The translations under genes and the position numbers were made by a program. A model generated the notes under the pieces. The model was given only the letters and a program-made list of their open reading frames with translations. It had not been told where the DNA came from and did not search any database. 64,000 nt of DNA from Saprospira grandis str. Lewin (lineage in GTDB: Bacteria; Bacteroidota; Bacteroidia; Chitinophagales; Saprospiraceae), in NCBI RefSeq assembly GCF_000250635.1, contig NC_016940.1:1096995-1160994 (forward strand), read 5' to 3'. Shown here in pieces: positions 1-8,879 of this stretch (the first letter of the stretch is position 1; each line of letters starts with the position of its first letter).

Positions 1-523
1 GGCTACCGAGGGACAGGGCAATCCCAACCTACCCAATAGAGATCCTTATGAGCTCACGCAGCTCTCTATTCCCATGGGTTTGGGGGTAAAATTTGCCGTT
101 CATAGCCACCTCAATATTGGTTTTGAGATTGGCTTTCGCAAAACATTTACGGATTACCTAGATGATGTTTCTTTGAGTTATCCCTATGATGTGACCACCA
201 CTCCCGCCACCGCCCTCTACGATCAAACCCCTTATGATGGGGGCCAATTTGGTAACCTCTCGGAACAACAACTGATGTCTGACCGCACTTATGAGTACCT
301 GGTTAATCAGGCTGGAGGCACCTTTGGGGCCGACTTTCCTAGCCAAGATGCCTATGATGCAGCAGTAGCCGAAAGAGGGGGACAAACCACTCGTGGCGAT
401 AAGGCCCAAGACTGGTACCTCATTACGGGAATCACTATTTCTTATAACTTTATTGACAACGGTTTGGTGGGCTCTCGAAAGCGCCGCCGCAAGCGCCAAG
501 GCTGTAAATCAGCTCGTTTCTAG
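1..523 (+). CDS. Outer-membrane beta-barrel protein, C-terminal part; the gene starts upstream of the window
   Basis: Frame is open from the window edge. By eye the C-terminal ~150 aa parallel the C-terminus of the 318-aa signal-peptide OMP at 34474..35430, sharing ...FEIGFRKTFTDYLDDVSLSYPYD / ...FEVNHRLTFTDYIDDVSVDYVDP and an aromatic/Gly-rich strand pattern. The Met at 74 is internal. Confidence 0.6.
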   Translation, partial: ATEGQGNPNLPNRDPYELTQLSIPMGLGVKFAVHSHLNIGFEIGFRKTFTDYLDDVSLSYPYDVTTTPATALYDQTPYDGGQFGNLSEQQLMSDRTYEYLVNQAGGTFGADFPSQDAYDAAVAERGGQTTRGDKAQDWYLITGITISYNFIDNGLVGSRKRRRKRQGCKSARF

Positions 524-546
524 GCGCAAATAAAATCTAATCGATC

Positions 547-579
547 AGCCTCCTTCCTTAAGAAGGGGGCTTTTTTTTG
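547..579 (+). terminator. Rho-independent terminator candidate after the OMP gene
   Basis: gcctccttc-cttaa-gaagggggc stem (one G.U) at 548..570, followed by T8 at 571..578. Confidence 0.5.
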
Positions 580-621
580 CCTAAACTATTCTATGCCTAG
601 CTTGTTCTAATGATCATTTAT

Positions 622-836
622 TTTTGGGGCGTTACTCCTTTCAGTCGTCGAACTGCAGACTAAAGTCTTTGTTGTCGCTGCGGCCTACAGCCTTGCGGCG
701 CTACGTTTACTCCCTACGGTCGTCGAACTGGCGCCCCTATAGGGGCTGGTTGTCGCAGCTCGCAGGTCTGCTCGGCCCTGCGGCGGCTTTGCCGCCTTGG
801 TCTGGCCTGACGGCCACTGCTGCACATCGCTAGGCC
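622..836 (+). repeat. GC-rich modular intergenic repeat, copy 1; long variant, forward orientation (ends ...ctgctgcacatcgctaggcc)
   Basis: Shares tttttggggc... head, ...gctcgcaggtctgctcggccctgcgg..., ggtctggcc and the terminal cacatcgctaggcc with the other copies. It carries an extra ggtcgtcgaactg module that is also present in the copies at 9695..9913 (reverse) and 56932..57192. Confidence 0.85.
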
Positions 837-871
837 AGCCCGCCCCTATTGGGGTTTTTTCACTCCAAAAA

Positions 872-2146
872 ATGCTCAATCCACCAATTATGCCTAAAAG
901 TCGACTCTTAGAAGCGCCAAAAAGCTTGGCTGGCGCCCAATACATTCAGCTCAACAGCTCCAAAAGCATCAGCAATCGCTTATTGATTATTCAGGCGATT
1001 ATGGGCCAATTGGCGCCCCCAAAAAGCTTATCTAGGGCCAAAGACAGCCAGAGCTTGGTCCGACTACTACAGCAAGAAGAAGAAGAAATACTAGATGCCG
1101 AAGATGCGGGGACCTGTTTTCGCTTTCTCACGGCCTACCTTTGTCTCAACAATAAAAAGCAAGTGCTCACGGGCTCGGCTCGGATGCTAGAGCGGCCCAT
1201 TGGCCCCTTGGTAGAAGCCCTGCGTAGCTTGGGCGCCCAAATTGACTACTTGGGCCAAGAGGGCTATCCCCCCTTGCAGATTGGGGCCTCTAGTTGGAAG
1301 GACACAGAAGAAATGCCTAGCTTGCGTATAGATGGCGGCATCAGCAGCCAGTATATTTCGGCCCTCTTGCTTATTGCCCCTGCCCTACCGCAGGGACTAA
1401 AACTGCAACTAGAGGGAGAGATCATTTCTATGCCCTACATTCAGATGACCTTAGGCCTAATGGAGCAGTTTGGCATCGACTATCTACAGGCGGGAAAAAG
1501 CTTTTTAATTGAGCCCCAAAGCTACCAAGCGCCCCAAGAAGAATTTATTGTAGAAGGCGACTGGTCCGCCGCGGCCTACTACTATGCCTTAGTGGCCTTG
1601 GCCGAGCCTGGATTTAGCCTAAAGCTAGGGCAATTGCGGGCCAATTCCTTACAGGGAGATTCCGTCATTGCCGAGCTGATGCAAAACTTGGGGGTAGTCA
1701 GTACATTTTTGCCCGAGGGAGAACTAGAACTCAAAAAAACAGCCCAGCCGCTGCCTAAGGAACTGCGCTATGATTGTCGGCACTATCCCGATTTGGCCCA
1801 AACCCTAATGGCCATATCGGCGGGACTAGCTATTCCCTGCCAGCTTTTTGGTCTACAGAGTTTGCGCATCAAAGAGACCGACCGTTTGGCGGCCATGAAA
1901 AACGAACTAGAAAAGCTGGGGGCAAGGGTAGAAATTGGAGAAGACTGGATGCACATTAAGTCGGGAGTAAAAAGAGCGCAAAAAAAGCCCTTAATTAGTA
2001 GTTACAAAGACCATCGGATGCTCATGTCCTTGGCCCCCTTATCGCTTTTGCTTGGTCCATTAAAAATGGAGCAGCCCGAAGTTGTGGCCAAATCCTATCC
2101 CGATTTTTGGAGAGATTTGGGCCAATTGGGCTTTAAAATTGGCTAA
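872..2146 (+). CDS. aroA: 3-phosphoshikimate 1-carboxyvinyltransferase (EPSP synthase)
   Basis: About 425 aa with AroA-typical blocks (LTGSARMLERPIGPLVEALRSLGA, DGGISSQYISALLLIAPAL, DHRMLMSLAPL). The ORF-track start at 797 lies inside repeat copy 1, so the start is moved to the ATG at 872 (MLNPPIMPKS...). Confidence 0.85.
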   Translation: MLNPPIMPKSRLLEAPKSLAGAQYIQLNSSKSISNRLLIIQAIMGQLAPPKSLSRAKDSQSLVRLLQQEEEEILDAEDAGTCFRFLTAYLCLNNKKQVLTGSARMLERPIGPLVEALRSLGAQIDYLGQEGYPPLQIGASSWKDTEEMPSLRIDGGISSQYISALLLIAPALPQGLKLQLEGEIISMPYIQMTLGLMEQFGIDYLQAGKSFLIEPQSYQAPQEEFIVEGDWSAAAYYYALVALAEPGFSLKLGQLRANSLQGDSVIAELMQNLGVVSTFLPEGELELKKTAQPLPKELRYDCRHYPDLAQTLMAISAGLAIPCQLFGLQSLRIKETDRLAAMKNELEKLGARVEIGEDWMHIKSGVKRAQKKPLISSYKDHRMLMSLAPLSLLLGPLKMEQPEVVAKSYPDFWRDLGQLGFKIG

Positions 2147-2208
2147 AAGCAGTAAGTTTTGGCCTTAAACCTCTAGTTTTGGGCCTTGTACCAAGCAGTT
2201 TATAAGAG

Positions 2209-3858
2209 ATGGCCATATTTAGTCCTTATGCGGAGCTCCTCCGCAACTTGATTCCCCAACTACAGAGCAGCCTAGCGAGCTATGCGGAGGCCGATCGGCC
2301 TATTTTGGCGGCTCTGCTTGCGCAATGGGCCAATTTTAAGGCCCTACCCTTATTAGAAGAAGAGGAGATGCAACTTTTGCGGGCGCAGTGGAAAAAGGGC
2401 GCGCAGTGGGGAGAAGAATTTGAGCAACTCTCTAGTTCTCTACAGGCTGTACATCTGCAACTGGGGTTATTATTGGCCGAGCTACAGCCCTCTTTTGCCC
2501 AAAAGCTAGAACTACAAAGCAAGGGGCCGGGGCTCAACCTTTGGCCCATGCAGCTCTCTTTTTGGGCCGAGCAGCTCCTGATTTACAAAAGAGACGGCAA
2601 TGCCAAAGGCTTATCGGCCTCGGGGCAACTCTTGCTGGCCTATTTGGAGCAGCCCTTAAAGCGGCTGCCTATTTTTAGGCAAAAAGCCCTCTCCTATATC
2701 CTCGATAGTTTTTTGGGACCAGCGGCTAAGCAAAGCCTACTCTTAGATTTATTTAGTGAATTGGGGCTAAAGGCCAAGCTAGCCGAAAACTACCCCTTAC
2801 TATTGGGCCAACTACTCTTCTTGCCCCTGCTTCGGGAATTATGGGACAAACAATACGACAGCCTAGGCAAAGAGCAGATAGATGATTGGGAGGAAAGCCA
2901 ATTAATTTATCATCGGGAGAAAGAGCGGCCCCTCAACCAGCTCTACTATGGGCCTTCTGCTTGTGGAAAAACCCGGGCCGCTCGTTTGGAAGCCTTGAGC
3001 ATTTGCGAGGGGCTGCCTTTGGTCCAAATAGAGCAGTTATCGACAGAAGAGATAGAGCAGCGTTTGGAAGAGCAGCGGCAGGCGGGGCATTTGGCCATGA
3101 TTGCCTTTCATCCCGCCATGAGTTATGAAGACTTTATGGAAGGCTTAAAGCCCCAGATGCAAGGCAAGCAACTTCATTATGTATTAGAGGAAGGCTTATT
3201 TAAGCGTTTTGCCAAGGCGGCCTTAGCCCAGCCCCTCAAGCGTTTTGTGCTCTTAATTGACGAATTGAACAGGGCCGAAGTGGGGGCGGTATTTGGGGAG
3301 CTTCTTTCTTTATTGAGTGCAGAAAACCGTTTGGGTGGAAAAGCCCCCATGCAGCTAGTCCTCCCCTACTCCAAAGCGACTTTTGCCCTGCCCGACAACC
3401 TCTATATTCTGGCCACTATGAATGAGGGCGACCGCAGTCTACAATCCTTAGATTGGGCCTTGCGGAGGCGTTTTCATGCCATAGCGGTACGGCCAGAGCC
3501 GCAACTATTGGGTGATTGTCAGGGTATTGATTTGGCTCGGCTACTGCAGGCCCTCAACCAGCGGATTCGTTTGTATTTTTCGGCAGCGCAAGAGATTGGG
3601 CATGGCTACCTCTTAGGGATTCGGCAATTGGAGGAATTGAACCTTTGTTTTGCGCATCGGATTATTCCCTTATTGGAGAGCTACGCCTATGGCGATCTTC
3701 GTCTGTTGGGGCCTATTTTGGGACAAGCCTTTATAGAAAGGCGGCGCTTGGGGCATTCCTTGGCCTTTTATGGAGTCGGGCAGCAGGAAGAGCAATTTAG
3801 TTATCATATTCGGTCTTTTCCGCTTGCAGCAAGCGCCTACAAACAACTATATGAGTAG
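2209..3858 (+). CDS. McrB-like AAA+ (AAA_5) GTPase-family protein with an N-terminal ~240-aa Leu-rich helical domain and no McrC partner
   Basis: McrB signature FHPAMSYEDFMEGLKP, Walker-B/sensor region VLLIDELNRAEVGAVFGELLSLLS, YILATMNEGDRSLQSLDWALRRRFH. The P-loop is the atypical GPSACGKT instead of GPPGTGKT. Confidence 0.7.
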   Translation: MAIFSPYAELLRNLIPQLQSSLASYAEADRPILAALLAQWANFKALPLLEEEEMQLLRAQWKKGAQWGEEFEQLSSSLQAVHLQLGLLLAELQPSFAQKLELQSKGPGLNLWPMQLSFWAEQLLIYKRDGNAKGLSASGQLLLAYLEQPLKRLPIFRQKALSYILDSFLGPAAKQSLLLDLFSELGLKAKLAENYPLLLGQLLFLPLLRELWDKQYDSLGKEQIDDWEESQLIYHREKERPLNQLYYGPSACGKTRAARLEALSICEGLPLVQIEQLSTEEIEQRLEEQRQAGHLAMIAFHPAMSYEDFMEGLKPQMQGKQLHYVLEEGLFKRFAKAALAQPLKRFVLLIDELNRAEVGAVFGELLSLLSAENRLGGKAPMQLVLPYSKATFALPDNLYILATMNEGDRSLQSLDWALRRRFHAIAVRPEPQLLGDCQGIDLARLLQALNQRIRLYFSAAQEIGHGYLLGIRQLEELNLCFAHRIIPLLESYAYGDLRLLGPILGQAFIERRRLGHSLAFYGVGQQEEQFSYHIRSFPLAASAYKQLYE

Positions 3859-4025
3859 GTTTTAATTGTAGGGACAAGAATGCTAAGCAAAATACCTATA
3901 GATAAACATTAGGTTTTATTCGCTATAAAAACCAAAGGAGCTATCTTAAATTTGAACTGTGACCAAAGTAAATTTGGTTTTCATAGTGATAGTTTTTAGG
4001 GTTTAAGCTCTATGATAAGAGCTAA

Positions 4026-4068
4026 AGCATCAAGCTTGGGGGAGTTTGATGCTTTTTTTATGCCCTTA
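4026..4068 (+). terminator. Possible terminator hairpin downstream of the McrB-like gene
   Basis: agcatcaa...ttgatgct stem with a 13-nt loop, followed by T7. It sits 170 nt after the stop, so it is weak. Confidence 0.3.
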
Positions 4069-4102
4069 GGCCAAGGTTCATTAAAGGCCCGGAGGGCCTT
4101 TG

Positions 4103-4223
4103 GCCTAGCGATGTGCAGCAGTGCGGCGCAGCCGCAGACCAAGGCCGTCAGGCCGCAGGGCCGAGCGAATAGCGAGCTGCGAAACGTAGCGCCGACGAGC
4201 GAAGCGAGGCGGAGGCCCCAAAA
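4103..4223 (-). repeat. GC-rich modular intergenic repeat, copy 2 (reverse orientation)
   Basis: ggcctagcgatgtgcagcag...ggccgagcgaatagcgagctgcgaaacgtagcgccgacgagcgaagcgaggcggaggccccaaaa. The first ~95 bp are identical to the copy at 58762..58898. Confidence 0.85.
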
Positions 4224-4271
4224 CAAAAAAGCCCCTACTTCATCAGTAGAGGCTATATTATTTAGTAGAGT

Positions 4272-6074
4272 TTACTTGAGTTGGAAATCGCTAACGCGAT
4301 AGCCAGGGCGGAGGGGGGAGGTTTCGATATCGGCGAAACGTTTGTGGATAGCGAAGCAGCTACTGGGCACACAGAGGAAGAGGTAGGGTTGTTCTTCATG
4401 GATGATAGCCTGGGCGCGGAAATAGAGCTCCTTACGTTTTTGGGGATCGAGAGTAATGCGGATACTGTCGATAATGCGGTCACATTCTTCATTTCGGAAG
4501 CCGATGCGGTTGCTACCGCCATTTCGGTCTGAGGAAGAGTGCCAAGCCTGCTTAAGCTCGTCGAGATTGGGGCCTTGGGCCCAGGCCGAGCAGATCAGTT
4601 CAAACTCTCGGTTTTGGATATCCTTGACAAAGACGGGAAAATCGGCACTTTTGATTTTGATTTCGATACCGAGGGCTCGGGCTTCACCTTGGAGGAGCAG
4701 TCCAATATTTTTGCGGATATCGTTGCCTTGATTATACTTAAACTCTAGGCTTAGCTTTTCTAGTTTTCCGTTGATGCGTTTATCTAGAACTCCGTCATTA
4801 TCGGAATCGGTCCAGCCGGCTTCTGTCAAGAGTTCTTTAGCTCTTTCGGGGTCATAGCTAAAGGGTTTAATTTGGTCATTATAGTGTTCCTTTTGGGGGT
4901 TAATCGGGCCAACCGTTTCGGTGGCTAGGCCTTCAAAGAGGACATCAATAATTTCTTGGCGGTTAATGATATGGGAGAGCGCTTGGCGGAGCTTTTTATC
5001 CTTTAGCTTAGGGTTGCGCAGATTGATTCCGATATAATAGTAGCCAAAAACGGGGGGAGAAGAGAGTTCAAAAAGATTTTGGAACTCTTGATCTTCTTTT
5101 AGGGCCTTAAACTTGACGGGTTTGATATTGTGTAGGACATCAATTTCCTCATTTCGGGCCACGGTAATAGCGGTACTAGGGTCATTGACCACCTTATGAA
5201 TAATTTTTGTGGGATAGGCCACCAACATAGGGTTTTTGGCCTCATTGGCCCACCAATCTTCTTTGCGTTCTAGGATAATATGTTGGCCATTGCTCCATTC
5301 TACAAAGCGGTAAGGGCCAGATCCGACCACTGTTTCCTTACTAAACTTGGGGCTATTAAAATTTTGGGCAAATCGTTCAAGGTTTGCATTTTTGTTGGCG
5401 GCTTCATAATCCATCTGGTTGAGTTCGGCCAGACTCACTTTTTTCATTAGGCCTTCGGGGTCATAGACATACTCGGGCATAATGTGCATATCGCCAGCAG
5501 ATTCTTCGGCGATAAAATAGCGTTGTTTAGAGAAGATCGTAAACTCTCTTTCGTTATCGGGTGAAATATAGATCGAGTCGATAAACTCATAATAGGGGCG
5601 GCGGCTGCCCGATTCTACCAGAGGATTTTTGATTGCTTTGACGGTAAAGAGATAATCATAGGCCGTAACGGCTTGGCCATTATCCCATTTGGCTTCGGGT
5701 CGGATCTCGAACTTCAGCGACATACCGCCGGCATAGGGGCCCTCTTCTAGTTCTCTGACATCGGGCATTTTGAGGGCGAGTTGGGGCACCAATTTGAGAT
5801 CTTCTGGATGAAACTCCAACAAGCGAGAGAATATGTTGTTCTGAATATAAGTAGCGGCAGCCCCTTGAGAGGTTACAGGATTTAAGCCATCGGGATCATC
5901 TAGTTCCCAGACCGTTACCGAAGGATCCTTCATTTTGTTGCTACTTTGGCTTTCCTTTACTTCCTGAGCGGCTTCTCCGTCTGTTTGGGGAGAGGAAGGC
6001 TGGCAACTGCCAAAACATAAACTTAGTCCGAGCAGGCCTAAGATTGTTTTTTTTCTGATATTCATATTGGTCAT
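4272..6074 (-). CDS. ABC transporter substrate-binding lipoprotein, family 5 (peptide/nickel type)
   Basis: Lipoprotein signal MTNMNIRKKTILGLLGLSLCFGSC. The ~600 aa length and overall pattern fit SBP_bac_5 (oligopeptide-binding) proteins. Confidence 0.7.
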   Translation of the reverse strand: MTNMNIRKKTILGLLGLSLCFGSCQPSSPQTDGEAAQEVKESQSSNKMKDPSVTVWELDDPDGLNPVTSQGAAATYIQNNIFSRLLEFHPEDLKLVPQLALKMPDVRELEEGPYAGGMSLKFEIRPEAKWDNGQAVTAYDYLFTVKAIKNPLVESGSRRPYYEFIDSIYISPDNEREFTIFSKQRYFIAEESAGDMHIMPEYVYDPEGLMKKVSLAELNQMDYEAANKNANLERFAQNFNSPKFSKETVVGSGPYRFVEWSNGQHIILERKEDWWANEAKNPMLVAYPTKIIHKVVNDPSTAITVARNEEIDVLHNIKPVKFKALKEDQEFQNLFELSSPPVFGYYYIGINLRNPKLKDKKLRQALSHIINRQEIIDVLFEGLATETVGPINPQKEHYNDQIKPFSYDPERAKELLTEAGWTDSDNDGVLDKRINGKLEKLSLEFKYNQGNDIRKNIGLLLQGEARALGIEIKIKSADFPVFVKDIQNREFELICSAWAQGPNLDELKQAWHSSSDRNGGSNRIGFRNEECDRIIDSIRITLDPQKRKELYFRAQAIIHEEQPYLFLCVPSSCFAIHKRFADIETSPLRPGYRVSDFQLK

Positions 6075-6134
6075 TATAGTTGTGTAAATTGAAGAAAATT
6101 GTTTGTTAACGGGGCGCTTAAAGATATAAAAATA

Positions 6135-7058
6135 ATGAGTAGAATTTTAATAACGGGAGGCAGCGGCCTCATTGGTCAAGAACTTTGTAAGCTCCTACAT
6201 CAGCAGGGCTTTGAGCCAATTTTGCTCAGTCGGAACCCGGCTAAAATCACGCAATGGACGGCCTTTGAGTGGGATTTGGATCGGGGCTGGGTGGATCCTC
6301 AGCTTTTTGATCAGCCGATTGACTACCTCATTCATTTGGCGGGGGCGGGCATTGCTGATGCGAGATGGAGCGATCAGCGAAAGGAATTGATCATTGACAG
6401 TCGGAGTCAGAGCCTGAAGATATTGGCCCAAGCCTTTAGGGAGGCGAGGCAAGAGCTCAAAGCCTTTATTTCGGCTTCGGCAGTAGGGATTTATGGAGAT
6501 CGGGGGAATGAGGTCTTATCGGAGGAGTCGGCCATTCATAAAGAGCGAAAAGACGACTTTTTGGTACAGAGTTGTATTGCTTGGGAAGATGCGGCCAAGG
6601 CATTTGAGGGATTAACGGCTCGGATCAGTCATCTTCGGATAGGCATTGTGCTTTCGACTCGGGGGGGGGCTTTGGCCAAAATGCTCCCTTCTTATCAGTT
6701 TCATTTGGGCGCTTATTTTGGCGATGGCGAGCAATACTACCCTTGGGTGCATATCAGCGATCTTTGTCGGATGTTCTTGTTCCTCATTCAGCGGGGGAAG
6801 GCTGGCGTTTATAATGGGGTGGGGCCCGATCCCGTACAAAATAAGACAATGGCGCATATTTTAGCTAAGGCAACTGGAAAAAAATCCTTGATTCTGCCTG
6901 CCCCTCGCTTTGCGCTGCGTTTGGCCATGGGGGAAATGGCCAATGTGGTCCTTTATTCGGCCAGGGTGCTTCCTAAGCGGCTAGAAGAAGAGGGCTTTAA
7001 GCATCGGTACCGAGATTTGCAAGCGGCCTTAGTAGACCTAATAGAAAACAAGCGGTAA
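6135..7058 (+). CDS. TIGR01777/YfcH-type epimerase-family protein (SDR39U1, NAD-binding Rossmann plus DUF1731 C-terminus)
   Basis: MSRILITGGSGLIGQELCKLL Rossmann start and ~307 aa length typical of YfcH. The start is moved to the ATG at 6135. Confidence 0.7.
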   Translation: MSRILITGGSGLIGQELCKLLHQQGFEPILLSRNPAKITQWTAFEWDLDRGWVDPQLFDQPIDYLIHLAGAGIADARWSDQRKELIIDSRSQSLKILAQAFREARQELKAFISASAVGIYGDRGNEVLSEESAIHKERKDDFLVQSCIAWEDAAKAFEGLTARISHLRIGIVLSTRGGALAKMLPSYQFHLGAYFGDGEQYYPWVHISDLCRMFLFLIQRGKAGVYNGVGPDPVQNKTMAHILAKATGKKSLILPAPRFALRLAMGEMANVVLYSARVLPKRLEEEGFKHRYRDLQAALVDLIENKR

Positions 7059-7060
7059 AC

Positions 7061-7104
7061 AAAAAGCGAGCTGTCGATAAATCGACAGCTCGCTTTGCTT
7101 TTGG
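7061..7104. terminator. Bidirectional terminator between convergent genes
   Basis: 14-bp perfect stem agcgagctgtcgat/atcgacagctcgct flanked by A- and T-rich runs. Confidence 0.7.
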
Positions 7105-7116
7105 TCCTTGGCCCAT

Positions 7117-8553
7117 TTACTTACGCACCTGACTAGCGTCAATGGGTAAATCTGGAGAGTAGACCATAATATCGTTGCATACTCCAGAAGACAAACGCTG
7201 GGCAAAACCATTGTACTTATTGCCCTTAAAGAGCTTATGGATACGTACATAAGTTGCTCCTGGGTTGGCGCTTTTCCCTTTGGGGTCTAGCTTGAAGGTA
7301 AAGGTTTTATCCCAGAGCTTACGCTCTTTTCTGGGGAGGTCGGCATAGTTATCTGGCTTAAACTTAAGGGTCACCACATACTCCTTATAGCCAAATAGGC
7401 TTTCCACTTCGGTGGGACCTTCTTCTACAGAGATGACCTTGATCGTGCCCGAGATTTTCTCATCATAGACACAGCTTTCTCTACGGATTTCGTTGGTTAC
7501 CTGCTCTCGAATAGCGGCCTTGCGGGCCTCTAGGGCTGCTTTTTCTGCGGCCAATTTCTCGGCTAGTTCATCTCGCAGCTCTTCTTCTTTGGCCTTAATT
7601 TCCTTACGGCGTTGCTCTTCTAATTTCTTGCGTTCTTTGGCGGCCTGTTTTTCGCGCTTAATAGCATTTTTCTGGTCCAATTCGGCTTGTTTGGCGGCCT
7701 CAGCCTTGGCTTTGGCGCGCTCTTCTTTTTCAATTTGCGCCCGCAAAGCGTCTAGATCCATTTCGTCGGGGCTCTTCTTGAGGCCCTCTTTTTCTCGGAG
7801 TTCGGCCTCTACTTTTTTGCGCAATTCTTCTTCAGAGGGCAAATTCAGGTCTACTTCAGGCTCTTCCTCTTTGGGATCCTCTTCATCTAGGGGCTCCTCT
7901 TCTTTTGGTCCTTCTTCCTCTTTGGGCTGTTCTTCTGGAGCAGTTTCTGGGGGACGGTTTCCGCTGGCCTGAGTGGCTGCGTCTTCGGCCATAGCAATGC
8001 CCTTGGCTTCATTTACTTCCTTCTCTTTTTTATAGAGTTTTTCGGCAGCAATTTGAATTTTATAGGCCTTGATGCTATCCTGTGCCTCAAACAAATCATT
8101 GGGGATCCCCATTGACTTATAGGTATATTGCTCGCGGCAGGTTTTATCATCGGTCTGCAAAAATTCCATGGCAAATTTTTGGCCCTTATGCACATAATAG
8201 TGCTTAAGGTATTTGGGGCCTACTGGCAGGCGGTCATAGCCACTTCGCAAGAAAAAGTCAAAGCTATTCTCGCCAAAATCAGCCATTAGTTGCTGCCCTT
8301 TTTCCATGGGCGTAAATTTAAATTTTACGCTGTATTCATCATAGCCCAAAGCACTTTCCGACTTGCTCCGCGTCTTTTCTACTTCCGTAATTTCGGCCAA
8401 GCCTTTTAGCACTTCATACTCGCAACCTTGCACGGTCCGAACTTCATTATTGTTTCTATAGCTCGCTTTTTTTGCCGACTGCGCCCAAAGTCCAGAGGTC
8501 TGAACAAGCAAGAGCAGCAAAAAACTGGCTATCCATAAGGGTGATTTTCTCAT
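7117..8553 (-). CDS. Secreted hypothetical protein with duplicated terminal domains and a central Lys/Glu-rich coiled-coil segment
   Basis: Signal peptide MRKSPLWIASFLLLLLVQTSGLWAQ. N- and C-terminal regions repeat each other (LGYDEYSVKFKFTP vs FGYKEYVVTLKFKP). The middle ~170 aa are KEEEPxxEE / KAKAEAAKQAELDQK... charged repeats. Confidence 0.6.
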   Translation of the reverse strand: MRKSPLWIASFLLLLLVQTSGLWAQSAKKASYRNNNEVRTVQGCEYEVLKGLAEITEVEKTRSKSESALGYDEYSVKFKFTPMEKGQQLMADFGENSFDFFLRSGYDRLPVGPKYLKHYYVHKGQKFAMEFLQTDDKTCREQYTYKSMGIPNDLFEAQDSIKAYKIQIAAEKLYKKEKEVNEAKGIAMAEDAATQASGNRPPETAPEEQPKEEEGPKEEEPLDEEDPKEEEPEVDLNLPSEEELRKKVEAELREKEGLKKSPDEMDLDALRAQIEKEERAKAKAEAAKQAELDQKNAIKREKQAAKERKKLEEQRRKEIKAKEEELRDELAEKLAAEKAALEARKAAIREQVTNEIRRESCVYDEKISGTIKVISVEEGPTEVESLFGYKEYVVTLKFKPDNYADLPRKERKLWDKTFTFKLDPKGKSANPGATYVRIHKLFKGNKYNGFAQRLSSGVCNDIMVYSPDLPIDASQVRK

Positions 8554-8706
8554 ACCAATACATTTTATTATCCAAGTGAATCTAAACTAAAGATGCGCTA
8601 AACTTCTTCTATAAGAACAGGATGCACCGCTTTTCTTTTTGGTTGTTATCCAATCCCAAAATTACTAATTTGTAAGCATTTTATCGGCTTCAGTTATTTT
8701 TTTTGT

Positions 8707-8832
8707 TTTTTTGGGGCCTCCGCCTCGCTTCGCTCGTCGGCGCTACGTTTCAGGGCTCGCAGGTCTGCTCGGCCCTTCAGCGCTTGCAGCGCCTCGGTCT
8801 GGCCTTCGGCCACCCTTGCACATCGCTAGGCC
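8707..8832 (+). repeat. GC-rich modular intergenic repeat, copy 3 (forward; the most canonical copy)
   Basis: tttttggggcctccgcctcgcttcgctcgtcggcgctacgtttcagggctcgcaggtctgctcggcccttcagcgcttgcagcgcctcggtctggccttcggccacccttgcacatcgctaggcc. Confidence 0.85.
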
Positions 8833-8879
8833 AATTGGTCCCGCCTACCCTATCTTTTTAGCTAAAATCTTCTCCGATC

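Noticed and set aside
624-945. ORFs 624..833 (+) and 685..945 (-) predicted inside the intergenic space upstream of aroA
   Set aside because: They lie entirely within repeat copy 1. They have GC-rich, Ala/Arg/Gly/Pro-heavy low-complexity translations, and equivalent pseudo-ORFs appear at every repeat copy in either orientation.
1774-1959. Small ORF inside aroA, plus many other 60-130-aa ORFs nested in or antisense to long genes (e.g. 2280..2549, 4281..4532, 6172..6452, 13267..14208 internal ones, 26075..26375, 28440..29267, 30448..31729, 43303..44173)
   Set aside because: They are nested within well-supported longer CDSs on the same or opposite strand, with no motifs. This is the usual six-frame background.
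3996-4302. ORFs 3996..4226 (-) and 4012..4302 (+)
   Set aside because: Overlap repeat copy 2. The same translated strings (…RANSELRNVAPTSEARRRP…) recur at other repeat copies (9654..9881, 25246..25440), which is diagnostic of repeat-derived artefacts.
7493-7972. 159-aa Ser-rich ORF on the + strand
   Set aside because: Antisense of the Lys/Glu-rich coiled-coil region of the secreted protein at 7117..8553. The low-complexity mirror frame stays open by composition only.
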